Assembly: GCF_001194135.2 (NCBI RefSeq)
Contig: NC_068989.1
Span: forward strand, 25,624,671 to 25,688,670
Direction of reading: 5' to 3'
DNA: 64,000 nt
Origin: Octopus bimaculoides
Taxonomy: Eukaryota
How positions within the stretch are numbered: the first letter of the stretch is position 1; the number at the start of each line of letters is the position of its first letter. The position numbers were made by a program, and so were the translations under genes. Shown in pieces: positions 12,690 through 24,075 of the stretch. The notes beneath the pieces were generated by a model. The model saw nothing but the letters and a program-made list of their open reading frames with translations, made no database searches and had not been told where the DNA came from.

Positions 12690-14265
12690 AAAGCACGGTA
12701 TTTTAAGTCCGACTGTTGCTTCTAGAAGCTCGGAATTACGCAGTAGTTGTAACGTTCGTGACTTGCAGTTGAAATGTCCAAAAATTCAAACATATGCAAC
12801 CAGTGGACAATTCACATAAACATTACCTCCATCAGGAGAGCAAGATCGGCAAATAAGAATTCACATCATTGTGCAAGAACATTTTACGGAGGAATGGGAG
12901 AAGAGGAAGGTAAGCAAAGAAGGTAGACAGAAGATGTAGGCGGTTCAGGGGAGTGTTAAAGTGCAAAAAGGGACAAGAGAAGCGGAGCAGGGAGAGGAAG
13001 GGAGCAAATGACTAGCGGATTGAATAGAGGTTAAAGTACAATTGGTAAGCCAAGAGATGGAGAAGGGGCGATCCATAAATTAGGCTGTGGGTGTTAGATA
13101 GCGGGAGAAGGGCTTCTGAGAAAGAGAGGTAGGTGCGAAGAGGAGAGGGAAGGGTGGATATTAAAATGATAAGGATGTGATTCACGGAAAGAAGATGAGG
13201 TAGCGTCAGAGGGAAAAGGTATAAAGAAAATAGAGAAGACATAAAACAGGGACAGATTGGTAACAGTGCCAAGGTATAAGTAGTGATAAATAGTACTAGT
13301 TGAGGGTGAAGTCAGGTGGAGATGGTGAATGAATTCGAGGGATGCGAGTGTGGTAGTGGCAGAAATAGATATGCTGTGAGAAGGAGGTACGTGCGAAGAG
13401 AATCCATAGGTAGAGACATATAGAAAGGGAAGAATAAATAGAAAGGATATGTTGCTATTACAACCAACTAAGCGGGCATTTAATATTGAGAATTAATTAA
13501 GGGAGTTATATAGATTTCACACAATAGGCAAACATTGAGTAAAATTTGTGCTTACAATGTAAGATTTCGTCCGAAAATGTATTGAGTAATGCGATGCTGT
13601 AGTGGTGGAGGATGGCAAGAGATTCTCTTAACACAATTTACAGGATCCCAGGTTAGTATTGCACAGGTATTCTCGCAGATCATGGACCAAGATAGAGTAT
13701 AAATAAGACCAGGATAGATTTTAAAGAATATTTTGGGACCTGAGGTTGAGTAAATAATTTTTTTGAGAGGTAGTGTTTAGAAATTAGAATGTTTAAAGCA
13801 TTTATGTGGGCCCAGAAACGGCGCTTGATATCTACCATGCTGCCAATGTAAACCCATGCCTGATAGAAGTGTGGTCTTACTATCCAACATTTATAAACTA
13901 TATTAATGCGCAGACAGTAACCTCTAAGTGAGCAGAATTTGGAGATCCGCAAGCTGCATGTCTTCCTATAGAGTGACAATAGAAATGATTTCTACACATA
14001 TCACGTTCGTATGGTTTGATGTCGCCAAAAAAGGACTGGAGGCATTATCAGTACTGATGTTGAATTGAGAGAGGGTCTTACCGTTGTTAAATGTGGTCAT
14101 GCTGGCAGTAGTATGGGAAGTAACATCATGGTTGTTATCATTGAGTCGGGTAGGGTTTCTGAGGGTAGTATTTTGCTATCACGCGGGTTGGGATCTATTT
14201 TAAACTCGATGTTGTGGGTGAGATATCGAAAGGTCAGACGTAAGGTGTTGAAGTTTCCGTCTTAA
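12690..14265 (-). mobile_element. Penelope-like element 1: GIY-YIG endonuclease, pyrimidine-rich 3' region
   Basis: Minus strand GYCLRINIVYKC...VYIGSMVDIKRRFWAH (GIY-YIG-like), then GSCKLC / LRESLAILH C-terminal motif near 13610-13660. Long purine-rich plus strand at 12890-13450. The 3' boundary is approximate. Confidence 0.8.
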
Positions 14266-14267
14266 GT

Positions 14268-14340
14268 TAAACCCGAAACCACCTAGTAACACCAATACTA
14301 CCCTCAGAATGCATACCCGATTCAATGATACCAACAACGG
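14268..14340 (+). mobile_element. Inverted partial copy of the adjacent Penelope-like sequence
   Basis: 14294-14335 matches the reverse complement of 14131-14172 at 36 of 42 positions. Confidence 0.8.
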
Positions 14341-14342
14341 TG

Positions 14343-14399
<57 letters not shown>

Positions 14400-14419
14400 A
14401 TAATAATAATAATAATAAT

Positions 14420-14499
<80 letters not shown>
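14341..14499. repeat. (ACT)n-(AAT)n trinucleotide array
   Basis: Direct reading. Confidence 0.97.
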
Positions 14500-14503
<4 letters not shown>

Positions 14504-14845
14504 ATACAAAGATAACAAAATACAAAGACCTGGAAATAGAGATAACTCGAATGTGGAATCTAAAAACAGAAACAATTCCTATCATAGTAGGTGCCTTAGG
14601 TATAATAAAAAAATATTCAGACAAATACATAACAAAAACACCAGGACTTACAAATATATATAACATACAGAAAATTGCACTACTGGGTACTGCACACATT
14701 CTACGCAAAACACTTTCAATACAGTAAACATAAGAGCACCACAGCAAACCACAGCACATACCCAAGGCGCACAGAGCTGCGCTCGGTAGTGAAGTGAAAG
14801 CACGCTATAAAAATAAAACTACTGAATAATAATAATAATAATAAT
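14497..14845 (+). mobile_element. Strongly 5'-truncated R4/Dong-like retrotransposon (RLE C-terminus and 3' UTR) inside a (TAA)n repeat
   Basis: Open frame 14512-14727 ITKYKDLEIEITRMWNLKTETIPIIVGALGIIKK...IQKIALLGTAHILRKTLSIQ*. The 3' UTR is nearly identical to 34810-34905. (AAT)n on both sides. Confidence 0.9.
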
Positions 14846-15844
14846 ACAACAAACATTTTTACACCCTAAATACATTGGTGAGGAGCTTCAAATTGTATAA
14901 TAGCCTATCAGATAATTGTTTAAATAAGTCTTTCGTTAGATGTTTTCGTCATTTTACTCAGTGTAATAATGCATACCGAAAGTGATGTGTCATTTACAAC
15001 AATTTACAGGCAAAAACAAAAAAACTATAGATATAATGACAGGCAAAATACAATTAAAATAAAAAATACATAAATAAACAGATAAAGACAACGGAGAGGG
15101 TCAGGTTGGCTATAAATTACCATTCTAACATAATGATCAAATTAGAAATTCTAAACGAATTGGACAATCAAATGAAGAATGAAATTAAGCATTTAAAGAT
15201 AACAAATTGATAAAGTCGTGAAAACGGATAATTTCAGTACTTATCGACTAAGTCCTTGTCTCGTTTAAGGATCTAAATCTCACCCCGTCTCTTGCGACAA
15301 AACAAATGGCCCCATTCTAGATTCCAATAAATCTATAATTAAAGTTGATTTATTACCATCTAATTTTTTGATACGTTTTTGAAACAATTAAAAAAAAAAT
15401 GTGTGTAAGCAACCTTGGCGTCCCTGCATATACATTCTCCCTTTTGAACAATTACAAGGTTGACTATATTGTCTATATATATATATATATATATATNNNN
15501 NNNNNNNNNNNNNNNNNNNNNNNNNNNNNNNNNNNNNNNNNNNNNNNNNNNNNNNNNNNNNNNNNNNNNNNNNNNNNNNNNNNNNNNNNNNNNNNNNNNN
15601 NNNNNNNNNNNNNNNNNNNNNNNNNNNNNNNNNNNNNNNNNNNNNNNNNNNNNNNNNNNNNNNNNNNNNNNNNNNNNNNNNNNNNNNNNNNNNNNNNNNN
15701 NNNNNNNNNNNNNNNNNNNNNNNNNNNNNNNNNNNNNNNNNNNNNNNNNNNNNNNNNNNNNNNNNNNNNNNNNNNNNNNNNNNNNNNNNNNNNNNNNNNN
15801 NNNNNNNNNNTATATATATATATATATATATATATATAGATAGA

Positions 15845-15875
<31 letters not shown>

Positions 15876-15891
15876 AGATATAGATATAGAT

Positions 15892-15922
<31 letters not shown>

Positions 15923-16057
15923 CCCGCACACACACATGTATATCAATTCCTATTTATACACATAGGAACATGATTCTTACATGTGAGTGTGTGTGTATAT
16001 GTGTATATATGATTCTTACTAATACATGTTTATATCAATATATGTTGGGTTGAAGTC

Positions 16058-16160
16058 TACCCACAAAAAATGTAATCTACTTTTTTCTTTTACTTGTTTT
16101 ATTCATTCCACTGCGGCCAAGCTGTGAAGTATTTTAGCGGAACAAATCGATCACATGTCA
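16058..16160 (-). mobile_element. SINE family A 3' tail fragment
   Basis: CTTTTACTTGTTT..TCATT..ACTGCGGCCA.GCTG matches the tails at 18306-18350 and the reverse complement of 51680-51720. Confidence 0.6.
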
Positions 16161-16240
16161 CAACAGTCTTGCTTCTGACTAGTGTTTGAAGCTTTCCCAA
16201 TTTTTATAGGTAAATCATGGCTCAAATTAAGATACGTTGG

Positions 16241-16336
16241 TAATAGGATTTGATTGGCAGAGTGTAATCACAAGACTGGTCCTAGGAATTTCTAGGACCA
16301 ATCATGTGACTATGCTCTACCAATCAAATCCTATTA
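16241..16336. repeat. 96-bp imperfect palindrome (possible MITE core)
   Basis: TAATAGGATTTGATTGGCAGAGTGTAATCACAAGACTGGTCCTAG versus the reverse complement of CTAGGACCAATCATGTGACTATGCTCTACCAATCAAATCCTATTA: 45-bp arms, about 6 mismatches, 6-nt loop. Confidence 0.9.
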
Positions 16337-16907
16337 AAAACATATATTGCTGTGAAATAAGCCACGTCATTCTATTTCAATTTTTTGAAAATCAGTGTAA
16401 AGTCTGAAATCGGATAAATCTTGATTATCATCAGCGTGTCTTATTGACCCAATTGTCATAGAAACTGTCCATCACCACAATGTGTGCGATGATTGTTTTT
16501 AATGCTGCGGTAAATTTTAAAATGTTATCGAAGTGAATACTATATTATAAATATATATAAGAATAATATTGTTTACAATCTCAAGTGCTATAGTATGCAT
16601 AAATAACCATCAAGGTAATAGCAAAAGGTAAAAAAAATATTAATTGATAATGAAGGGTGCTATCAGTAGCACCACAATACTAAAGATAGCAGCCAGAAGA
16701 CGACTACAACAACAAATTTTCACTGATACATAGTAATCAAAATCGGGGGAACGAGCAGACATTCAAAGACTCAGTACCAATAACGAAAAGAATCAAAGAA
16801 AGACCAGTCATACCCATATCGTCACGATTTCAAACTGCCATTGTCAACAATGTGCTCGATGTCCGTTTACGTGCGAGGGCAAACTTAAGGTTATGAATTG
16901 AATAATG

Positions 16908-17030
<123 letters not shown>

Positions 17031-17514
17031 TGTATAGTTATGTATATACATAGTCTTCTAACATGCAGATAAGTAGTTTTACAAACCTGAGACAAATACA
17101 TAGGATATAATGGGGAAAAGAAGAATGAGGCAGGTACAATGGATAGAGATCTAAACGTTAGTAGTTTCTACAAAACTACTAAGATGACTATTTAAGTCCT
17201 ACGTTTGGTCCTACTAGATCCTCAGAGTACATGTTAACTTGTTTATTTACACACATTAAAAAAGCGGGGCTTTTGAACGTATTATAGGAATATGCACTTT
17301 TTAATTACCGTATGTATGATGTACTATTGCACTCTTCCTTACGTTTCCGAACCAGGTCAACAGATGATGTTTATTGTAACTTATTATTGTCTTTGAATGA
17401 TGCCATCATGTTTCGATATTGATTTTTAGAGGAATCGGCTGTCGGAAAAATATATACAAATGCATCTTTTATCGTTCTCACTGTACACTGTATGTGCATA
17501 TATACATATATACA

Positions 17515-17578
<64 letters not shown>

Positions 17579-18305
17579 NNNNNNNNNNNNNNNNNNNNNN
17601 NNNNNNNNNNNNNNNNNNNNNNNNNNNNNNNNNNNNNNNNNNNNNNNNNNNNNNNNNNNNNNNNNNNNNNNNNNNNNNNNNNNNNNNNNNNNNNNNNNNN
17701 NNNNNNNNNNNNNNNNNNNNNNNNNNNNNNNNNNNNNNNNNNNNNNNNNNNNNNNNNNNNNNNNNNNNNNNNNNNNNNNNNNNNNNNNNNNNNNNNNNNN
17801 NNNNNNNNNNNNNNNNNNNNNNNNNNNNNNNNNNNNNNNNNNNNNNNNNNNNNNNNNNNNNNNNNNNNNNNNNNNNNNNNNNNNNNNNNNNNNNNNNNNN
17901 NNNNNNNNNNNNNNNNNNNNNTTATATATTTACATATACATGTATGCACATATATATATAGAAAGAGAATAGATAGAAGTTACTATTTCCATGCATGTTA
18001 ATTCAAATTTGTGAAGTTTAACCTTCCTCAGTACTATCGTTAGCCATTCGAATTTCAAGGTATAAAATTCTTTCAAAATTCGAGTGAAATAAATTTAAAC
18101 TTCATTATCACGTTTGAACATGCTTCTTCCTGGTGGCAAATTCCAATATACATCTATAAAAAGAGAGGGAGATGGAAGCTACTATTTCCGTGCATGCTTA
18201 AATATAGATGCTTCAATGAACCATCTATAATTCACATTGATACGAATAAAAGCTGGCAGCGGGTGAGACGAACAGAATAATTCTTGAAAAATTACTATGA
18301 GTTAA

Positions 18306-18719
18306 TACTCTTTTACTTGTTTCAGTCATTTGACTGTGACCATGCTGAACCACTGCCTTATAGTCGAGCTAATCGACTCCAGGACTTATTCTTTGGAAGC
18401 CTAGTACTTATTTTATCGGTCTCTCTTTACGAACCGCTAAGTTACGGGGACGTAAACACACCAGCATCGGTTGTCAAGCGATGTTGGGAGGACAAACACA
18501 GACACACAAACATAAACGTACACATACATATATATGTATATATACATATATACGACGGTCTTCTTTCAGTTTCCGTCTACCAAATCCACTCACAAGGCTT
18601 TGGTCGGCAGGAGGCTATAGTAGAAAACACTTGCCCAAGGTACCACGCAGTGAGCCTGAACCCCGAACCATGTGGTTGGTAAGCAAGCTACTTACCATAC
18701 AGCCACTCCTACGCCTATA
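18306..18719 (-). mobile_element. tRNA-derived SINE family A, full length, with internal (CA/TA)n
   Basis: Reverse complement is collinear with 51049-51733: head GGAGTGGCTGTATGGTAAGTAGC (A-box-like), GGTTCGGGGTTCAGG (B-box-like), body GTGAGTGGATTTGGTAGACGGAAACTGAAAGAAG, tail GAAACAAGTAAAAGAGTA. Confidence 0.9.
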
Positions 18720-19654
18720 GTGTACTGTAGTTTCGGTTTTAACCTGGAAATTAAATAAATCAATGAAAAAAATAATTTAATTTAAATTTGTCAAGTTTGA
18801 TCTACCTCAACACTATCGCTCCATATTTACGGAGAAACATGAATAATTTATATACTAGCAGACACACCCGTCATTGATTGGATAGAAAAAAGCTGCCAAA
18901 ATTGTACTTCGAATATTGAAAGTTATTAGCTTAGATTGCATTGAGCATATGTATAAGAAAGGATTGTCAACTTTCATGTAGATTATAGAACTGCTTCCTA
19001 CTGGCCAATAACATCATGTGTGCATATAAACTTCTGATATATGATGTCGATTATTTCAGTTTATAAATGATGCAAATCTCAAACAGACTTTGGCTTATGT
19101 GTAGTACAAGGTAACTTAATAAAATTAGGGGAAAACTAAAAACATATATACTATAATTTATTGAACTTAAGTATTACACAAAGAAACATACAACTAGCTT
19201 TTCTTAGTCAAGAAAATATAAATATAAAACGACTAAAAACACTATCACACTGCTTTTAAAGTGCACCCGCACAAATTTAATAGGAATATATAGAAACAGT
19301 CTATCTCCACGAGTAGCATACTTCTTAGACAAAGAATAATGATGGAGACAATTGAAGATCAAGTATCGTAAATCATGAAAAATAGACCATAACTAATTTT
19401 CCGTGATTAGCTTTCCCAGAACTTTCGTTTAGTTTTGTTGTATCTGGGGAGAGTCATTCTATTTTGATGTCCTATTAACATTCACCGGCTTGATTTCCAC
19501 TCATATTTTTACTCTTCTAAAATTGTTGTTGCTTCTTGCAATATCTTCATTATTTGTTGAAGATGTTCGTTATCAGAGATGCGTTTCTTTTCCTTTGTTT
19601 GTTTGTTTATATGTTTGTTTCTACACATGTAAATGCGTCAGCGTGCATGTGTAT

Positions 19655-19750
19655 ACACGTATGTATGTACGTATGTATGTATGTATGTATGTATGTATGT
19701 GTATGTATGCATGCATGTGTGTATGTTTCTGTGTGTATGTGTATATATAA

Positions 19751-19798
<48 letters not shown>

Positions 19799-19820
19799 GT
19801 GTGTGAACGTATGTATGTAT
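19655..19820. repeat. (GTAT)n/(TA)n/(GT)n microsatellite
   Basis: Direct reading. Confidence 0.9.
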
Positions 19821-19884
19821 TCTGCATATTCATGTGTTTCTGTTTGTATGTATATTATCTTCAATAGACTGGGCTTGTTTTCAG

Positions 19885-19990
19885 TGAGGACTGTGGTATG
19901 TGCAACACTTTGGAAAAGGGCTCGTGGTTCCTCTACGGGGACAACTACAGACGCAGGACCTCTTCCATTGTCTTCCTCGGAATAATTTAC
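19885..19990 (+). mobile_element. Small decayed LINE RT fragment (RTE-like NYRGI motif region)
   Basis: TLEKG..GDNYRRRTSSIVFLGII loosely resembles the PLxKxKG..CxNYRGIxLLS..GK motif; GC-rich island in AT-rich DNA. Confidence 0.4.
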
Positions 19991-20399
19991 ACAAGAATTA
20001 AGTTTTAGATTTTATGTATATGCTGTAACAATGCTTCTTATAAATCGACAACATACACGTACATTTTATTATATAGAAATATACATATACATATATACGT
20101 ATAACTGTTGTACTATTCTGGTTAATTGATTGAATTATTTAAGAATTAATGGTGAAGCATCGGATTATAGAATTAACTGATAATTTAATTCTTTCAAATT
20201 GTCCTCCTCGCTTACGATCAAAGTGGTCTAAATAAGAATGTTTGCCGTGGTTTAGAAGCACAAATTATTATACACTCATATATATATATATATATATATA
20301 GATAGATATATATATATATATGTATGTATGTATGTATATATGACAGTTCAAAATTCATTTTGCATTTGCTGGTAAGAGATATCAATGTTTCCTAAAATG

Positions 20400-20760
20400 A
20401 AACTGATTGTTTCCTGCTCTGGAATTAAAGAACATTTGCTAGTTATGCTATGCCTTGGCAATATATGCGGTAAACCTCATATAGCTCATTCGGATACCAT
20501 CCTGCTGACTAAAATAAACCCTCCTGCTGAAAATACCTCGCGTTCAATAATTGCATGTCGGTTTCTGTAATATGTGTTGTGAAGTAAAGGAGGAGTGCCT
20601 CCACTGCATGGATCGCCTTTTAGTCTCTGCCTCAAAATAATGAAGCCGACATCAATCCAGGCTTAATAAATGTTTGAAGAAACCGGCTGGATCTGGCTCA
20701 AATAATGGGGACACATGCAGGTTCGAACTATACATGTGATTCATCAAAATAAATTTCTCT
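20400..20760 (-). mobile_element. Mariner transposase fragment
   Basis: Minus strand EPDPAGFFKHLLSLD* followed by LHYFEAETKRRSMQWRHSS, matching the mariner (T)GDETWVHYxEPETKRQSMxW region. Confidence 0.75.
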
Positions 20761-21379
20761 TTGAAAATTGGAACGTTGCAAATTTAAAGGTGTCATCATT
20801 TCAAGAAGAAATAGTTATCTATTACTAAATTAAATGAGAACAATTTTCACCTAATTCAAGACATCTAACGTCATTTAATTTGTTTAATTGAAATGCTAAA
20901 AGTAGCTATTATTTACATCAATCTTTTATTTTTAAAAACAATGGTACATGACGGACCTCAACGGGATTTAATTCAGCATAAAAGTTATTTTTCAACCCTT
21001 AGCCAACAATGAGATTTTAATGTGATGTAGTTGGTCAATTGTATAACTTTACCCAGGCATCTTATTATCTTTAGAGGCTTTCAGTAAATTATCTGCACAA
21101 ATAAATTAGTACCTTTGTCTCAAAATACTTATCGTTCTGTGTTATCATTTTTCACAATTCATCCAATAGTGTCATGTTTAATACAATTTAAAATGAACAA
21201 AACTATTTGTAGAACTTATACTAAAACAAATCAACAATTATTTTGTTTACAAGGTTTCTCAGATCTTAATAACATAAAATATTTTCATATCTTTAATAAA
21301 CGTCAGATTAACAGTTACAGCTACAAATATACCATAGTTTGAGCATCCACTCACACTGTGTTGTCAAAATATCATGAAT

Positions 21380-21700
21380 ATGTTCAAATTCCATTATATC
21401 TCAGTAGGTACCGACCGGAATATCATTCTAGGCATTTTTATTGCTTTTTTGATTTATTTAAAATAGACCCATGGCAACTCTGTACTTCAGATTTTATAAC
21501 ATCAGTAATTGTGGTCGCAATATATAACCAAAGGTGTATTTTGTTACAAACATTTTCAATAACCTACAGCTCTCTTCCGTCTAAACACTGCTTGATGCTG
21601 ATACTGCTGGATTTTTTACAACCTGGCTGTCTCAGCAGCTCAGTCAATGTTGTTGACTGTGTAAGGTTTTAAATTGACCCACAGTTGCTTCTCTGTGTCC
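21380..21700 (-). mobile_element. Highly decayed LINE RT C-terminal fragment
   Basis: ISIKQCLDGREL*VIENV..YIATTIT..KSEVQ loosely resembles LDGxxLEVVxxFxYLGSxI..EIxxR. Confidence 0.35.
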
Positions 21701-22046
21701 ACAGTTGCCTTTCTTCGGCATTTTCCATTGGAAACGGTGCCTCGGTGAATCCCACAGGGCGAAACAGTGGGTAGATATGGCGTTATTCACCTTTTATCAT
21801 AAAAGGGATTTTCTTTATCTATGGCAACTGCAGTGAATTTGATTGACCCTGATCAAACATTTATTAAACAGCAGCATCTCTGTTCACGAATAAATAATTG
21901 GGGAGCATCATAACCATGTGTTGTGAGGAATTCTTAGAGATTTGAATAATTCACCTCTGGAAACGAGTGATTCGTTCATCATTATTAAACAAACCTTATT
22001 CAAGGACCTTTTGAGCAGGATAGGCTACGTGATCTGAAGAAAATTT

Positions 22047-23226
22047 TAAATGTTAGATTAAAAATTTAATTCAGTTTAGTAAATTTATAAAAATGAAAGT
22101 GAATACTAGACTACGGAAAATATCTGGGCAATTTACAATAAATCGATCAAGATAAGTTCCACTCAGAATGAGTACACTCTTCAGGTCTTGTAACTTCAAA
22201 AAAGGTATCCTAATATTTAAAAATGCAATAAAATAAAATAGGAAAAATTAGAAATCACACAACGTTTAAGCAATTATTAGTACAATATATAGAATGTCAA
22301 GCTTTTATAATAATAATCATCTGTCAAGTTAAAGGCATAAATCGTCTAATGAAGAAATACTTTCTGTAGAATAAGAATAGGAAAACATATAAAAAGATTG
22401 TGTTATTAACTATTAAATGAATTTGGACGTTCAACAGTATTAATAAAAAGAACAATATCACTTATCTTATCAGAAATTCTTTGTTGACTGTAGTGTTACC
22501 CATGAAGCATAGAATTTATACGATGTATATCACGTGACAAAATGGCGTTTATTCGTGACCACAAATATAAAACTTTACATGTAGAATTAAAATATGTAAA
22601 ACACATGACAATATGGCGTTATAAGGGGAAAAGAGAAAAAACTTATTAAATGAAAAAATGACGATGTATGTATATAGACGGGGGAAACAAACAATAGTAT
22701 GATATTAAGTGGAAGAAAAATTAATAATCAAAATTTTAACTGATAGGAGCCAATAAAGTAAAAGTAAATTGTAATGATTTCATAGTAGAGAATGAAGTTT
22801 AGTTAGTGTGTAGGTTTTTTGATTAATACATAGTTCGAATTCATTTAATAGTTAATAACACTATCTTTTTATATATTTTCCTATTCTTAATCTATAAAAA
22901 GTATTTCTTCAGAGGATTTATGCCTTTAACTTGACAGATAATTATCATTATAAAATCTTGTCACTTCATATATTGTGCTAATAATTGCTTAAACGTACAG
23001 TTATTTCTACTTTTTCCTGTTTTATTTTATTACATTTTTGAATATTAGGAAACGTTTTTTTGAAGTTACAAGACTTGAAGAGTGTCCTCATTCTGAGTGG
23101 AACTTATCTTGATCGATCTATTGTAAATTGTCCAGATATTTTGAACTTTTAAGTGGCCACGAAACGCACGTAGTCTATTATTCACTTCCATTACTAAACT
23201 GAATTAAATTTTTAATCTACCATTTT
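22047..23226. mobile_element. Foldback / long-TIR non-autonomous element: ~400-bp inverted arms, ~360-bp spacer
   Basis: 22117-22198 equals the reverse complement of 23061-23142 with 4 mismatches in 82 nt. Arms run about 22047-22450 and 22815-23226 at roughly 85-90% identity by eye, with arm-specific indels. The inverted repeat is certain; a TE origin is inferred. Confidence 0.85.
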
Positions 23227-23364
23227 ATAGTTTTTATGGATTATAAATTTTCTTTTGGATATTTTAGTTTTTTAAAATTAGTATTTTGAAGAGTACGCTT
23301 TTCTTAATGGTGTCTGATCACCTTCATTGTTTGAGTTGCATCTTGGTGGTTTTTCTCTAAATTA

Positions 23365-23398
<34 letters not shown>

Positions 23399-23809
23399 CA
23401 TATGGTTAAAGATATATATGTATTCACATGCACATACACACAGTCATTTAAGTAGCTAAAATATATGTTCTTATGTTGGCATGTTAGCATTCTACTACTT
23501 CTAAGCAGGATAAAAATACACGATTGATCTGTCTTTCAACAAAATATCAATGATTTGATGTTTCATTTCTCTTAGTTCATATAAGAAATTGTTTCAAGAA
23601 ACAGATATTCTTTTTAATACATTTCATTCATGAAAGTTTACTGGATGTCTGCTTGAATGAATGGTTGGTGCCGTTCAAATAAATTACTTTCTTGAACTGG
23701 TGTTTTGTCTTTTCTGCTTATATTGTGTAAGCCAAATCCCAGTGTTCACACTCTCTTAAACACATACAGTCTCTATCTCCCTCTGTCTCTCTCACTTTCT
23801 CGAAATATC

Positions 23810-23870
23810 CATGTATATGTGTGCGCGTGCAGGTGTGTGTACACCTCAGTATAAGTGTAGTAATTATGTA

Positions 23871-23940
<70 letters not shown>

Positions 23941-24075
23941 TGTGTGTGTGTGTGCGTGTGTGTGTGTATATATATACACACCTGTACATATATATATAGA
24001 GAGAGAGATATGTATATATACATACATAATACATACACACACACACACACACTTATATATATGCATGCACACACG
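23810..24075. repeat. (TA)n-(GT)n-(CA)n compound microsatellite
   Basis: Direct reading. Confidence 0.95.

Noticed and set aside
12690-12840. Hammerhead ribozyme in the Penelope 3' region (minus-strand CTGATGG and GAAGC-AACA-GTC remnants)
   Set aside because: PLE termini often hold hammerheads, but here the CUGANGA/GAAA core is mutated and stems I and II do not pair. It can only be tested on a family consensus with Infernal.
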